DNA from: Thermoproteota archaeon
GTDB lineage: Archaea > Korarchaeota > Korarchaeia > Korarchaeales > Korarchaeaceae
Length of the DNA: 64,000 nt
Reading direction: 5' to 3'
NCBI GenBank assembly: GCA_027491435.1
Contig: JAOZFG010000017.1
Coordinates: 1-64,000 of the forward strand
The first letter of the stretch is position 1. Each line of letters begins with the position of its first letter. A program made the translations under genes and the position numbers. The notes below the pieces were generated by a model that worked only from the letters and a program-made list of their open reading frames with translations, was not told where the DNA came from and searched no databases. Below, piece by piece: positions 18,609 to 28,235 of this stretch.

Positions 18609-19049
18609 ATGGGAAAGAAATCCCCTTTAGGGCTGTACGCCGCTAGGATACTGAAGAGAAAGTACAAGGAGAAGAGGCTCCACAGCTGGAAGTATAGAAG
18701 GAGGATATACAGACTTAAGGAGAGGTTCGACCCCTTAGAGGGCGCGCCTATGGCTAGGGGGATAGTCTTAGAGAAAGTAGGCCTGGAGGCAAGGCAACCC
18801 CACTCGGGTCTCAGAAAGGCGGTGAAGGTGCAGCTTGCGAAGAACGGGGTCATCGTAACGGCCTTCGCTCCGGGAGATGGAGCTCTTAACGTGATAAACG
18901 AACACGATGAGGTCATAATAGAGGGTATTGGAGGTTCGAGGGGCAGATCGCTAGGGGATATACCAGGTGTTAGGTATAAGGTGATTAAGGTAAACGGGGT
19001 GTCCCTGCAGGCGATACTTACTGGAAAGAAGGAGAAGCCCCAGAGGTGA
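18609..19049 (+). CDS. rps12: 30S ribosomal protein S12
   Basis: [25 protein letters not shown] and [10 protein letters not shown] motifs. Confidence 0.98.
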   Translation: MGKKSPLGLYAARILKRKYKEKRLHSWKYRRRIYRLKERFDPLEGAPMARGIVLEKVGLEARQPHSGLRKAVKVQLAKNGVIVTAFAPGDGALNVINEHDEVIIEGIGGSRGRSLGDIPGVRYKVIKVNGVSLQAILTGKKEKPQR

Positions 19050-19053
19050 TCTG

Positions 19054-19683
19054 ATGTCCGAGGCTGAAGAGGTTAAACTCCCTGAGATTAAATTGTTTGG
19101 CAAGTGGAGTTACGAAGGAGTTGAAGTAAAAAACATAGCGCTTAAAGGGGTAATATCGCTGAAGCCCGTTTACCTCCCACACACAGGGGGGAGGCATGAG
19201 CACAAGAGGTTTGGTAAGCTAAAGATACCGATAGTCGAGAGGTTGGTCAACAGGCTAATGGGGCAGGCTATAAACGCAGGAGTCAAAAAAGATCATGTCA
19301 ATAGCAAGAATTGTGGTAAGAAATTGAAGGCAATGAGGACGGTAAAGTACGCCTTCGAGATAATAGAGTTGAGAACTGGAAGGAACCCTATACAGGTGTT
19401 CATAGACGCCATTGAAAACGCTATAATAAGGGAGGAGGTTACCAGGATAATGTACGGTGGGGTCAGCTACTTCCATGCTGTAGACACATCCCCGAGCAGG
19501 ATGGTGGATCTGGCTATAAGGCACATCGCTCAGGGAGCCGCTCAAAAGGCGTTCAGGAGTCCTAGGAGTTTGGCCGAGGCTCTAGCGGATGAGATAATAG
19601 CCGCTGCTGAATACGACAGAAACAGGAGTCACGCTATAAGGAGGAAAGAGGAGATAGAGAGGATAGCCCTAAGCAGCAGGTGA
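19054..19683 (+). CDS. rps7: 30S ribosomal protein S7
   Basis: KLFGKWS, PHTGGRH, PIVERL, NPIQV and [11 protein letters not shown] motifs. Confidence 0.97.
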   Translation: MSEAEEVKLPEIKLFGKWSYEGVEVKNIALKGVISLKPVYLPHTGGRHEHKRFGKLKIPIVERLVNRLMGQAINAGVKKDHVNSKNCGKKLKAMRTVKYAFEIIELRTGRNPIQVFIDAIENAIIREEVTRIMYGGVSYFHAVDTSPSRMVDLAIRHIAQGAAQKAFRSPRSLAEALADEIIAAAEYDRNRSHAIRRKEEIERIALSSR

Positions 19684-19694
19684 GGTGCAAGTTC

Positions 19695-19928
19695 ATGACC
19701 AAGGAGCCTCCAATATCCTTTCTGAAGAGGGCCCACGGCGCGGAGATAAGGGTTAGGCTGAAGAACGGCAATGAGATTGAGGGTAAGCTGCTTGTCTACG
19801 ATGAGATGATGAACTTGGTGTTACAATCGGCTAAAGAAATAAACCCTGAGACCAAAGAGGTCCTCAGGAACATGGGAACTTTGTTCATTAGGGGAAATAA
19901 CGTCCTTTTCATCACGCTGGAGCCCTAA
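19695..19928 (+). CDS. Sm-like (LSm/SmAP) RNA-binding protein
   Basis: Sm1 (V.LKNG..EGKL..YDEMMNLVL) and Sm2 (FIRGNNV) motifs; ATG at 19695 after GAGGTG. Confidence 0.93.
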   Translation: MTKEPPISFLKRAHGAEIRVRLKNGNEIEGKLLVYDEMMNLVLQSAKEINPETKEVLRNMGTLFIRGNNVLFITLEP

Positions 19929-19931
19929 CCC

Positions 19932-21752
19932 TTATTCTACCGTCACACTTTTTGCCAGATTTCTGGGCTTATCCGGATCCCTTCCAAGCTTCACAGCCGT
20001 TCTGTAGGCTAACAACTGGAGGGGCACGATGTAGACTAGAGGTGAGAGCTCCTCCGTGGGTCGGTCCCACCTGACCTTTATGACCGTCACGTCCTCCAGT
20101 TCCAGCTCCTCTGGTGTCACTGCTATTGTCATAGCGCCCCTAGACTTAACCTCCATGAGGTTGTAGATGATCTTGCTCTGCAGATCAGGGTTCACTGGCA
20201 TTAAAACGATAGCGGGGACCCCTTCCTCTATCAGGGCTAGAGGCCCGTGTTTGTACTCGCCAGCCGGATAGCCTTCAGCGTGTATGTAACTTATCTCCTT
20301 AAGCTTAAGGGCCCCTTCCAGAGAGGTCGGGTAGTTTATGCCCCTTCCTAAGTAGTACACGTCACGTTTCTTGCTTATGCTCTCGGACAGTTTAACGGAC
20401 ACCTCGTCCATGAACGGCAGGTTACTCTCCACTACCCTGGACACCTCCATTATCGTTTTCCTCACCTCCTCTGGGTTGGGGCTTCTCCCCTCTATGTAGC
20501 TCTCGGCTAGCTTTACCACTGAGTATATTACCGCTAGCTCAGCCAAATACGTCTTAGTGGCAGCCACTCCTATTTCAGGGCCAGCCATCATGTACACAGT
20601 CTCGTCAGATAGCCTGGTTAATGTGCTCCCGGGGACGTTCACTATGGAGATCACCTTAGCGCCCAGATCTTTGGCCCTTCTTACAGCCTCCAGCACATCT
20701 GCCGTTTCCCCTGACTGGCTTATTGGGATTACCAGATCGTCTACTCCTATGAAGTCTCCCCACTCTAAGAACTCAGAGGCCACGATCGAGTCCGATTGGG
20801 CTTTCAACCTCTTAGAGAAGAGGTATTTACCCACCAAGCTGGCGTGGTAAGAAGTGCCAGCCGCTACAAACGATATTCTTCTCCCGGTTTCTATGGACTC
20901 CGCTAAAATCTGAGAGAACTTCAAGTAATATTCCACGTTGTCGGCAATTTGTCTTAAAACGTGGGGTTGCTCGTATATTTCCTTCAACATGAAGTGCGGG
21001 TAACTCCCCTTATCTATTAGGGAGGGTGACCAGGAAACTTCCTTAACCTCCTTTTCCACGGGGATCACTTCTTGTCCCACTAACCTCCATACCCTGACCT
21101 CATCTGGGGAGATGACCGCTACTTCACCATCGTCTAGGAAAATGAATCGGTTAGTCAGGTGAAGTAGGGCTGTTATATCTGAGGCACAATAATTTTCGCC
21201 CTCCCCCAGTCCTATCACCAACGGGCTCTTGTTTCTGGCCAAGAAGATCTCGTTGCTCCCCGCAAACACAGCGGCAATTGCATAGCTCCCAGAAAGGGGG
21301 GCTATGGACTCGTAGAAAGCCCTTAGCCTGTCCATTCCAGACCTCACCTTATCCTCTATTAGATGAGCCACGACCTCTGTGTCTGTCTCTGACCTGAAGA
21401 CGTGACCCCTCTCCCTCAGCTTGTTCCTTAGATAATGGAAATCGTCCAGCGTACCGTTGTGTACTAGAGCCACCTTGTTGTCGCAGGACGTGTGAGGGTG
21501 GGCGTTATCATCGGTTACCCCGCCGTGTGTGGCCCACCTGGTGTGTCCTATTCCTGTAGTCCCATCCTCCAACTTAACGTCTGAGAGAACCTCGTCTATG
21601 GTACCTACTCCCTTAATCACGAATATTGAATTACCATTAACTATAGCTATTCCTGAAGAGTCGTAACCTCTATACTCTAGCTTCTTGAGGGCCTTCTTGA
21701 TTTCAGAGATTACTCCTCCCCTTTTTCTGGTGATCCCCACTATACCGCACAA
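19932..21752 (-). CDS. glmS: Glutamine-fructose-6-phosphate aminotransferase (isomerizing)
   Basis: MCGIVG, LEYRGYDS, GHTRWATHG, SQSGETAD, EGALKLKE and PRNLAKSVTVE motifs. Confidence 0.97.
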   Translation of the reverse strand: MCGIVGITRKRGGVISEIKKALKKLEYRGYDSSGIAIVNGNSIFVIKGVGTIDEVLSDVKLEDGTTGIGHTRWATHGGVTDDNAHPHTSCDNKVALVHNGTLDDFHYLRNKLRERGHVFRSETDTEVVAHLIEDKVRSGMDRLRAFYESIAPLSGSYAIAAVFAGSNEIFLARNKSPLVIGLGEGENYCASDITALLHLTNRFIFLDDGEVAVISPDEVRVWRLVGQEVIPVEKEVKEVSWSPSLIDKGSYPHFMLKEIYEQPHVLRQIADNVEYYLKFSQILAESIETGRRISFVAAGTSYHASLVGKYLFSKRLKAQSDSIVASEFLEWGDFIGVDDLVIPISQSGETADVLEAVRRAKDLGAKVISIVNVPGSTLTRLSDETVYMMAGPEIGVAATKTYLAELAVIYSVVKLAESYIEGRSPNPEEVRKTIMEVSRVVESNLPFMDEVSVKLSESISKKRDVYYLGRGINYPTSLEGALKLKEISYIHAEGYPAGEYKHGPLALIEEGVPAIVLMPVNPDLQSKIIYNLMEVKSRGAMTIAVTPEELELEDVTVIKVRWDRPTEELSPLVYIVPLQLLAYRTAVKLGRDPDKPRNLAKSVTVE

Positions 21753-21758
21753 GAGCGT

Positions 21759-23084
21759 TCACCCTTCCTCTCTTTCGATTCCCAGTCTCCCCCTCCACAA
21801 TCTAATGATAATCGTTGTCGTTGAAACAATTATAATCAGTAGTAACGGTATCATGGCTATGGTAATTGATTGAGCTTCCCTTCTAGCCTCCTCAACCTTA
21901 GAAGAGATTTCCTTATACAAGGAATCTAGCTCAGATCTGGCCCTCCTGTAGGCTTTGGAGGGATCCCCCCTCTTGAGGGAAGTTCTGTAGTCATACCATA
22001 TGGAATTAAGCTTCGAGATGTATGAATTAACGGTAGAGTTGCCTAGCAGGTTAGAGCTCTTATTCAACAAATCCTTTATGTCTTTCACGTATTCCCTTAT
22101 GGCCCTAGCATATCCCTCGACTATTAACCTTACAGCTGTAATGGATAAGTTTTCAGCGTATTCTGCCTTGCTTCTCGCCTTCATCACGTCAGCTAGGGTG
22201 ATCGGGTCCTTTGAAATCAACTTCTCCGCCTCCTTTATGTTGGAATCCGCTAAGGCCAGCAGGGAAGTTATGTTCTCTACGTTTAGAGGAATTGTGTCAT
22301 TAGACGCTGCTTTATAAAGGTTGTAGGCTCTCTCAAAGGCCTGTTTAGCTCTATCTATGGACTCCAGTGTCAATCCCTTATCTACTAAGGTCAGGGACTT
22401 CCTAACTACCTTAACCTCAACGCCTTTGCTGAAACACCCTATCAAGTAACAAAGCTTCAACGTCACGTTATGATCCCCAATCCCGGGGGAGGGTAAGCTG
22501 AAGGTGAGATTCCCACTGGATCTAGATAGGAGGAATTCCTCTATCGGCTCACCGTCCAAGGAAATTAGTAAGCTTAGAGGGGTTCCCTCTGGAACTCCCC
22601 TCACGACATAGCTGGCGATCATCTTTATAGGCTCGCCTTCCTCAAATTTTTCTTTTATAGGAGATAGGTATATACTAACATTTATTTCTGGTTTCTTGAC
22701 GAGTATTAGGGTTGTATTTCCCTGGTAGTACTTAAACCCTATCTCGCCCTCTTTGAGGTAAGCCAACACAGGGGTGATCATGCTGTGGCCTGACAGCGCC
22801 CCCCTTCCTACCTTTATCTCTAGGGGTATTTCCACCATTTCTCCTCTCCTCAGCTGTATCCAGTTGAGTTTCTTTGGGAACACCCCCCATGGAGTTATAA
22901 GCCTGGCATATGCTAGCTTTAGGTTGCCGTCCAAGTTCGTGACTTCGAGAAACAGCGTACAGTTAAACCCGGAGAGACAAACCTCTTTTTGAACTAGCTT
23001 GACCTTTACGTCATTTCCCTGGCCAGCCGTTTGGATTAACGGGGTTAATAGCAACATCAGGAGTATCAGAGGCTTTGTTTTCAT
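21759..23084 (-). CDS. Hypothetical secreted protein with C-terminal membrane anchor
   Basis: N-terminal signal peptide, beta-rich N-half, helical C-half, C-terminal TM followed by a basic tail, several N-x-S/T sequons. Confidence 0.7.
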   Translation of the reverse strand: MKTKPLILLMLLLTPLIQTAGQGNDVKVKLVQKEVCLSGFNCTLFLEVTNLDGNLKLAYARLITPWGVFPKKLNWIQLRRGEMVEIPLEIKVGRGALSGHSMITPVLAYLKEGEIGFKYYQGNTTLILVKKPEINVSIYLSPIKEKFEEGEPIKMIASYVVRGVPEGTPLSLLISLDGEPIEEFLLSRSSGNLTFSLPSPGIGDHNVTLKLCYLIGCFSKGVEVKVVRKSLTLVDKGLTLESIDRAKQAFERAYNLYKAASNDTIPLNVENITSLLALADSNIKEAEKLISKDPITLADVMKARSKAEYAENLSITAVRLIVEGYARAIREYVKDIKDLLNKSSNLLGNSTVNSYISKLNSIWYDYRTSLKRGDPSKAYRRARSELDSLYKEISSKVEEARREAQSITIAMIPLLLIIIVSTTTIIIRLWRGRLGIEREEG

Positions 23085-23141
23085 GTCAACAAAAACTCCC
23101 CGTCAAGTTTTATTAATCTGTCTAGGAGGTAGTGCCGGAGC

Positions 23142-25103
23142 ATGGACGAGGTAGTCCTGGGAGTTGACATAAGGGCCGGATCCCCTAGGTCTAGACAGCC
23201 CCCTGTTTACTCAGTCGTGATAATGAGCAGAGATGGGGTCTTATTAGAGAGGGAAGAAGCTGGCCTACAGGAGTTGATTTCCTTAGCTAGGAAGTATAAG
23301 GCCAGCGTAATTGCTGTGGATAACATCTACGAGCTGGCGAGGGACTACGACGACTTGGAGAGAATAGTATCTCAGTTTCCCCCAAAAGTTAGGATAGTTC
23401 AGGTAACCGGCAGCCCGGGGTCCATGAGGTCCCTAAAATCGTTGGCCAAAGAGGCGGGCATACAGGTCAGGAAGTGGAACTCATTGAGCTCTGCCAGAGT
23501 CGCTGCTGAACTGGCCCTCAGGGGATATGGGTCTGAGATCGTTGCAATGTTCCCGGAAACTAGGGTTCTGATAACGAAAAATAGGAGCATCAAGCAGGGA
23601 GGATCCGGCAGCGATAGGTGGAGGAGGTCCATTGAAGCCAGTATTTTGAGTGAGACCAACAGAATAGCCACGGCGCTGGACAGGGCTAACATGGACTATG
23701 ACCTCTACATAGAGAGGGCCTCAGGCGGGCTCAGGAGAGCCGAATTCATAGTTTACTCAGATGAGAGTGAAATCAAGAAAATTATAAAAGAGACAACCGA
23801 GTGGAGCCCTATAAGAATAATTATAAAGGGATCTTGGAGAAAGAAAGTTAAGTTCGTATCCAGCGAATCTGTTCCGGTCCCAAAAGCGAGGCCTCTGATA
23901 GTTGGGATAGACCCGGGCATGTCCGTTGGGTTGGCTGTATTAGACTTGAAGGGTAAGCTCCTCACCCTAAAGACCCTGAGGAAAGCCTCAAGATCTCAAA
24001 TCGTTGAGGAGATCCTCGAATATGGTTATCCTATCATAGTGGCCACGGACGTAAACCCACCCCCTAAGAGCGTGATTAAAATAGCCAGCCTCTTTGACGC
24101 CAGAGTTTACGTAGCTAAGTACTCCATGAAGGCCGAAGAGAAGAAGAAGATCGTTGACAAATTTGAGGAAGAGACGGGCATAAGGGTCAAGAGCGCCCAC
24201 GAAAGGGACTCGCTGGCAGCTGCCCTCAAAGTTTATTACAGCAGGGTGAAGAACCTGATATCTAAGGCCGATTCCAAGTTGAACGAGTTGAAGGTTCAAG
24301 TCGACAATTACGAGCTCTACGAGAGGATATTGAAGGGGGTCTCCATATCCCAGGCCATCGAGGAACTCTTATCCCAGAAATCGCAGGAGGAGAGACAGGA
24401 AGGTGTTGACAGGATCAGATCGTCTGGTGAGGGCTTCAAACCGCTTTTACTCAAGATATCCAAGCTCAAGATGGAGATTGCCAGGTTGAAAGCTCAATTA
24501 AAGGACAAAGAGTATGAGATAAGGAGGTTAAAGGAGAGAATTGATCTTCTAGAGGATAAGAGGCTTAGGGAGATAGAGAAGGACAGGAGGATCTCGCAGA
24601 AAAGCGAGAGGATAAAAGAGCTGGAAGAGGAGCTTATGAGGGTCAGGTGGAACCTCGAACTCGTTAAGAGTCAACTCGCTCAACTTTCTAAGCCTAGAGA
24701 GGAGGAGGTAGAGGGCATTGAAGTTGAACTCGTCCCCTCTTTGACTAAAGAAAATCTGGAGAAATTAGGCAACCTTGGCAGTCCCATACTGGTGTTGGAT
24801 GCCTCTGGGACTAGCCCTAACCTAGTGAGGAGGCTTAAGGAGTTAGGAATACCCGCCGTGTTTTACAGGGGAAACCCGCCCCCTTCCGAGGTAATCAGGG
24901 CCTCTTTCGAGCTAGGCATACCCGTAATTTCTGCGAACGATTTGAGGATACGCTGGAGGGGGATAAGGCCAGTTATACCCACTGAAGATGCTTTGAAGGC
25001 GATAGCTGAAGCGAAGGTTAAGGAAGTTAGGGTGGAGCTCAACTTAGCCGACCTCATAATGGATTACAGGAGGAGGTTGGCGAAGCACTTGATAGAGGGA
25101 TAA
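23142..25103 (+). CDS. DUF460/COG2433-type protein (RNase H-like folds plus coiled coil)
   Basis: VLGVDI N-terminus, IAVDNIYEL, GGSGSDRWRR, LIVGIDPG, IIVATDVNP and HERDSLAAA motifs, then a long coiled coil. Confidence 0.85.
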   Translation: MDEVVLGVDIRAGSPRSRQPPVYSVVIMSRDGVLLEREEAGLQELISLARKYKASVIAVDNIYELARDYDDLERIVSQFPPKVRIVQVTGSPGSMRSLKSLAKEAGIQVRKWNSLSSARVAAELALRGYGSEIVAMFPETRVLITKNRSIKQGGSGSDRWRRSIEASILSETNRIATALDRANMDYDLYIERASGGLRRAEFIVYSDESEIKKIIKETTEWSPIRIIIKGSWRKKVKFVSSESVPVPKARPLIVGIDPGMSVGLAVLDLKGKLLTLKTLRKASRSQIVEEILEYGYPIIVATDVNPPPKSVIKIASLFDARVYVAKYSMKAEEKKKIVDKFEEETGIRVKSAHERDSLAAALKVYYSRVKNLISKADSKLNELKVQVDNYELYERILKGVSISQAIEELLSQKSQEERQEGVDRIRSSGEGFKPLLLKISKLKMEIARLKAQLKDKEYEIRRLKERIDLLEDKRLREIEKDRRISQKSERIKELEEELMRVRWNLELVKSQLAQLSKPREEEVEGIEVELVPSLTKENLEKLGNLGSPILVLDASGTSPNLVRRLKELGIPAVFYRGNPPPSEVIRASFELGIPVISANDLRIRWRGIRPVIPTEDALKAIAEAKVKEVRVELNLADLIMDYRRRLAKHLIEG

Positions 25104-25148
25104 GAATAAAAAGGCGCCTCACCCCACTAACGGGGGAGGTGGCATAAA

Positions 25149-25316
25149 ATGCCGAGGGGTACTCACGGTGCGTTAAATAAGGCCGGCAAGGTCAGGAGCC
25201 TCACCCCAAAGGTAGAGGCCAGGCCCAGGAGGAGTGACGTGCCTAGGGTCAGAATAAAGAAGCTCTACAGGAAGAGGTACATACTGGGTAGGAAGCCGGG
25301 ACAGCACCCGATATAA
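25149..25316 (+). CDS. rps30e: 30S ribosomal protein S30e (55 aa; not in ORF track)
   Basis: Manual translation MPRGTHGALNKAGKVRSLTPKVEARPRRSDVPRVRIKKLYRKRY..; SD GGAGGTG. Confidence 0.95.
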   Translation: MPRGTHGALNKAGKVRSLTPKVEARPRRSDVPRVRIKKLYRKRYILGRKPGQHPI

Positions 25317-25329
25317 GAGAGGGATTTTT

Positions 25330-26475
25330 TTGACGAAGTACCTGGCCCTTCACCCAGCTGGGTTATTTTTATTCGACGAGAGCGGCAAGCTAGTTAAGGC
25401 TGAAGCCTTTCCTGAGGATCCGGAGATAGTCGTTAAAGTGGTGGAGGAAGGCTTGGAAGAGCTGGCTACAAAGCTGATGAAAGGCCTTGACGGGGAAGAG
25501 GTGGTAGTAAATTCCCAACCTCTTAAGGAAGCCCTGGATGGCAGGGGCTTCAGGCCTCTATTAGATCCATCGCACCCGATCTTCGTTAACCTCAGGAGAT
25601 CCCCTCACAAAGCTTACGAGCTTGTAGGGAAGAGCAAGTCCCTCAAAGAGTACAGGGAGTTCGTTAGGAACGTGGGAACTGAGCTTACAAGGGTGAGGAT
25701 AAAGGAGGCTCTATCATCGCCGGACCAGCAGGTGATAAAGATAGTTGACTACATAGACCACGTAAATAAGTCCTTGAACATACTGGCGCCAGCGATAAGG
25801 GAGTGGTACTCAGTTTACTTTCCTGAGTTAAACGACCTGGTTGAGGATCACCTGCTCTTCATGAAGATTGTGGCCTCAGAGCCCAACAAGGAGAACTTGA
25901 ATGAGGAGCTGCTTGAGGAGCTAGGGGTTCCTGAAGGTTTGAGGGAGAAGATACTCCAGTTCTCCAGAGACTCAGTGGGATACGATGCCTCTGAGCAGGA
26001 GTACAGCGCTGTGAGGAAAGTCGCTCAGGAATGGCTTGACCTCTATGAAACTAGGGTTGAGGCGGAGAAGTTCTTGGAGAAGTTAATGAGATCTTTTGCA
26101 CCCAATCTCAGCGCCGTCGTGCATCCTATCGTGGCAGCTAGGCTCATAGCCATCGCAGGTGGTCTGTATAGGCTTGCTAGCCTTCCAGCAAGCTCTATCC
26201 AGATATTAGGGGCTCACAAAGCCATATTCATGCATCTAACTAAGGGGACGAAGCCCCCCAAGCATGGAATACTGTTTCAAGCTAAGGAGGTTAGGACAGC
26301 CCCAAAGAAGCTTAGGGGTAAAATAGCCAGGCTACTCGCCACTAAAATAGCTATAGCTGCCAGAGTAGACGTGTTCGGTGGAGGCAAGTATATAGGAGAC
26401 GAGCTTAGGAAGGAGATAGAGGAGAGGATTAAGGAGATATATAAGGGGAAGAAGGATGAGAGTAAAGCCCCATGA
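25330..26475 (+). CDS. nop5: C/D box sRNP scaffold Nop5 (Nop56/58)
   Basis: REWY..YFPEL, APNL, PASSIQILGA.KA.F and PPKHG.LFQ..RGKIAR.LA.K motifs. Confidence 0.95.
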   Translation: MTKYLALHPAGLFLFDESGKLVKAEAFPEDPEIVVKVVEEGLEELATKLMKGLDGEEVVVNSQPLKEALDGRGFRPLLDPSHPIFVNLRRSPHKAYELVGKSKSLKEYREFVRNVGTELTRVRIKEALSSPDQQVIKIVDYIDHVNKSLNILAPAIREWYSVYFPELNDLVEDHLLFMKIVASEPNKENLNEELLEELGVPEGLREKILQFSRDSVGYDASEQEYSAVRKVAQEWLDLYETRVEAEKFLEKLMRSFAPNLSAVVHPIVAARLIAIAGGLYRLASLPASSIQILGAHKAIFMHLTKGTKPPKHGILFQAKEVRTAPKKLRGKIARLLATKIAIAARVDVFGGGKYIGDELRKEIEERIKEIYKGKKDESKAP

Positions 26476-27142
26476 AAGGATACCCGGAGTGTTCTGGATC
26501 CTAGACGGTAAGAAATTGCTGGCAACTAAGAACCTAGTTCCAGGGCATAGGAGCTACGATGAGGTGGTCAAAAAGTATAAAGGAGAGGAGTACAGAGTCT
26601 GGAGCCCCAAAAGGTCCAAGCTTGCCGCTGCGATAATGAATGGAGTGAGGACCTTTCCATTCAAGAGGGGTAAGAAGGTCCTTTACCTTGGAATAGCCTC
26701 GGGAACCACCGCCTCCCATATCAGCGACATATTGGGAAGGGATGGGATCATATACGGGGTGGAGGTGGCCCACAGGGTAATCAGGGAGCTGTTACCCGTG
26801 GCTGAGGCTAGGAAGAACATAATCCCCGTAATGGAAAGCGCTAGGAGGCCAGAGAACTACTCATGGCTTGTGGAGGAGGTGGACGTAGTTTATGAAGATG
26901 TAGCACAACCGGATCAAGCTAGGATACTGATTAATAACATGGATCTGTTCCTCAGGAAGGGAGGACATGGGGTGATAGCTGTTAAGGCCAGCAGCATAGA
27001 CGTAACGTTGCCGCCTAAGAAGGTCTACGCTATGGTTGAGAGGGAGGTCGTGTCCACGGGTAGGTACAGGCTAGTTGAGAGGGTCAATTTAGCCCCCTAC
27101 GATCCCAAGCACGCAATGATCGTGTTTAAGAAAGTCTCTTGA
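26456..27142 (+). CDS. flpA: Fibrillarin-like rRNA/tRNA 2'-O-methyltransferase
   Basis: EYRVW.P.RSKLAAAI, VLYLGIASGTT.SH and DVAQPDQ motifs. Confidence 0.96.
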   Translation: MRVKPHERIPGVFWILDGKKLLATKNLVPGHRSYDEVVKKYKGEEYRVWSPKRSKLAAAIMNGVRTFPFKRGKKVLYLGIASGTTASHISDILGRDGIIYGVEVAHRVIRELLPVAEARKNIIPVMESARRPENYSWLVEEVDVVYEDVAQPDQARILINNMDLFLRKGGHGVIAVKASSIDVTLPPKKVYAMVEREVVSTGRYRLVERVNLAPYDPKHAMIVFKKVS

Positions 27143-28235
27143 TCAACGTGAGCAGCTCCTCCGTTGGAGCATCTGTTTTAATGGCCACGGGATCTCCATG
27201 GAACCTAGAAGCTTTATAACCCAGATCTTTAAGCCGTTCAATCACCTCCTTAACGCTGGGCATTTTAACTTTGTACTTGGAGGCGATCTCATCCAGGGGG
27301 TAATAGTAGGGGGGCATCCCTACCTCATCCCTTAACTTTGAAATCAGCTCCTTTACCTCTCCTGAAGAATAGGTCAGCAGCTTATCTAAGACCTCCGGGT
27401 TCGAGAGGTCCCCTAACCATATTGGACCTAAACACTTTTCACAGGGGTTGTCGAGGACTTCCACCCTGAATCCGTCTGCCCTGATCCAGCCTAGCTCATT
27501 TATCATCTTAGATGCCGTGCTAGGACCTCTGTTGACTAGGAATAACACCCTGATGTAGTGGGCTGTTGTGTAGGACAGTAGGGGCTCCACGTAGAGGTCT
27601 AGCCTACCCGCCTGCCTTAACACGAAGGATATCAGGGCCCTTATACCGAACTCACGGAAGAATGGTACCTTAAACCCCCTTATCCCATAGTACCTGAGTA
27701 GCTTATCTGGGTACTTGCCGAACAGCGGTGGCGTGTCCGTGGCTGTAACCGCCAGCACGCCCCTCCTCCTAACGGCCCTCAGAAAAGGGTCCACGTAAGG
27801 GGCAGGTGACCCGAAGGGATCTAAATCTAAGTAATCCACCCTTCCCTCCAGAGAGAGCTCCTCCGCCCGGAGCCTGGCGTCCTTACAGGTTACGGAGATC
27901 CTGTCTTGAAGGCCGTTCAGCCTGACGTTCATCCTGATCACGTGACAGGACAGGTAATTCCTGTCGTTTGCAACAACCTCCCCTCCCCCCTCTACAGCCA
28001 ATCTTAGGGCCCTGACTCCCGAGGCAGCCATTAAATCCGCTCCAGTCCTCAGGGAAAGGGCCTTGAAGGTCAGCACCGCCGTGTCCCTGTTAAGCTTCAT
28101 TCTAGGGTTGTAGAAGACTGGTGCCTTCGTGTAAGCTATTCCCCTGGAGGTTAACTCCTCCAAGTCTGAGGCGTAGAACTTCACCTCCCCCTCTGTGTAA
28201 AGTTTAAGAGAGATGTTGATCCTCCGTCCCTGCAT
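27126..28235 (-). CDS. trm1: tRNA (guanine-N2)-dimethyltransferase Trm1
   Basis: VFYNPRM.LNRD, ASGVRALR, DLDPFGSP, VTATD and GPIWLG motifs. Start set at ATG 28235 (SD GGAGGTG); the track ORF extends spuriously to 28436. Confidence 0.92.
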   Translation of the reverse strand: MQGRRINISLKLYTEGEVKFYASDLEELTSRGIAYTKAPVFYNPRMKLNRDTAVLTFKALSLRTGADLMAASGVRALRLAVEGGGEVVANDRNYLSCHVIRMNVRLNGLQDRISVTCKDARLRAEELSLEGRVDYLDLDPFGSPAPYVDPFLRAVRRRGVLAVTATDTPPLFGKYPDKLLRYYGIRGFKVPFFREFGIRALISFVLRQAGRLDLYVEPLLSYTTAHYIRVLFLVNRGPSTASKMINELGWIRADGFRVEVLDNPCEKCLGPIWLGDLSNPEVLDKLLTYSSGEVKELISKLRDEVGMPPYYYPLDEIASKYKVKMPSVKEVIERLKDLGYKASRFHGDPVAIKTDAPTEELLTLIKRLS

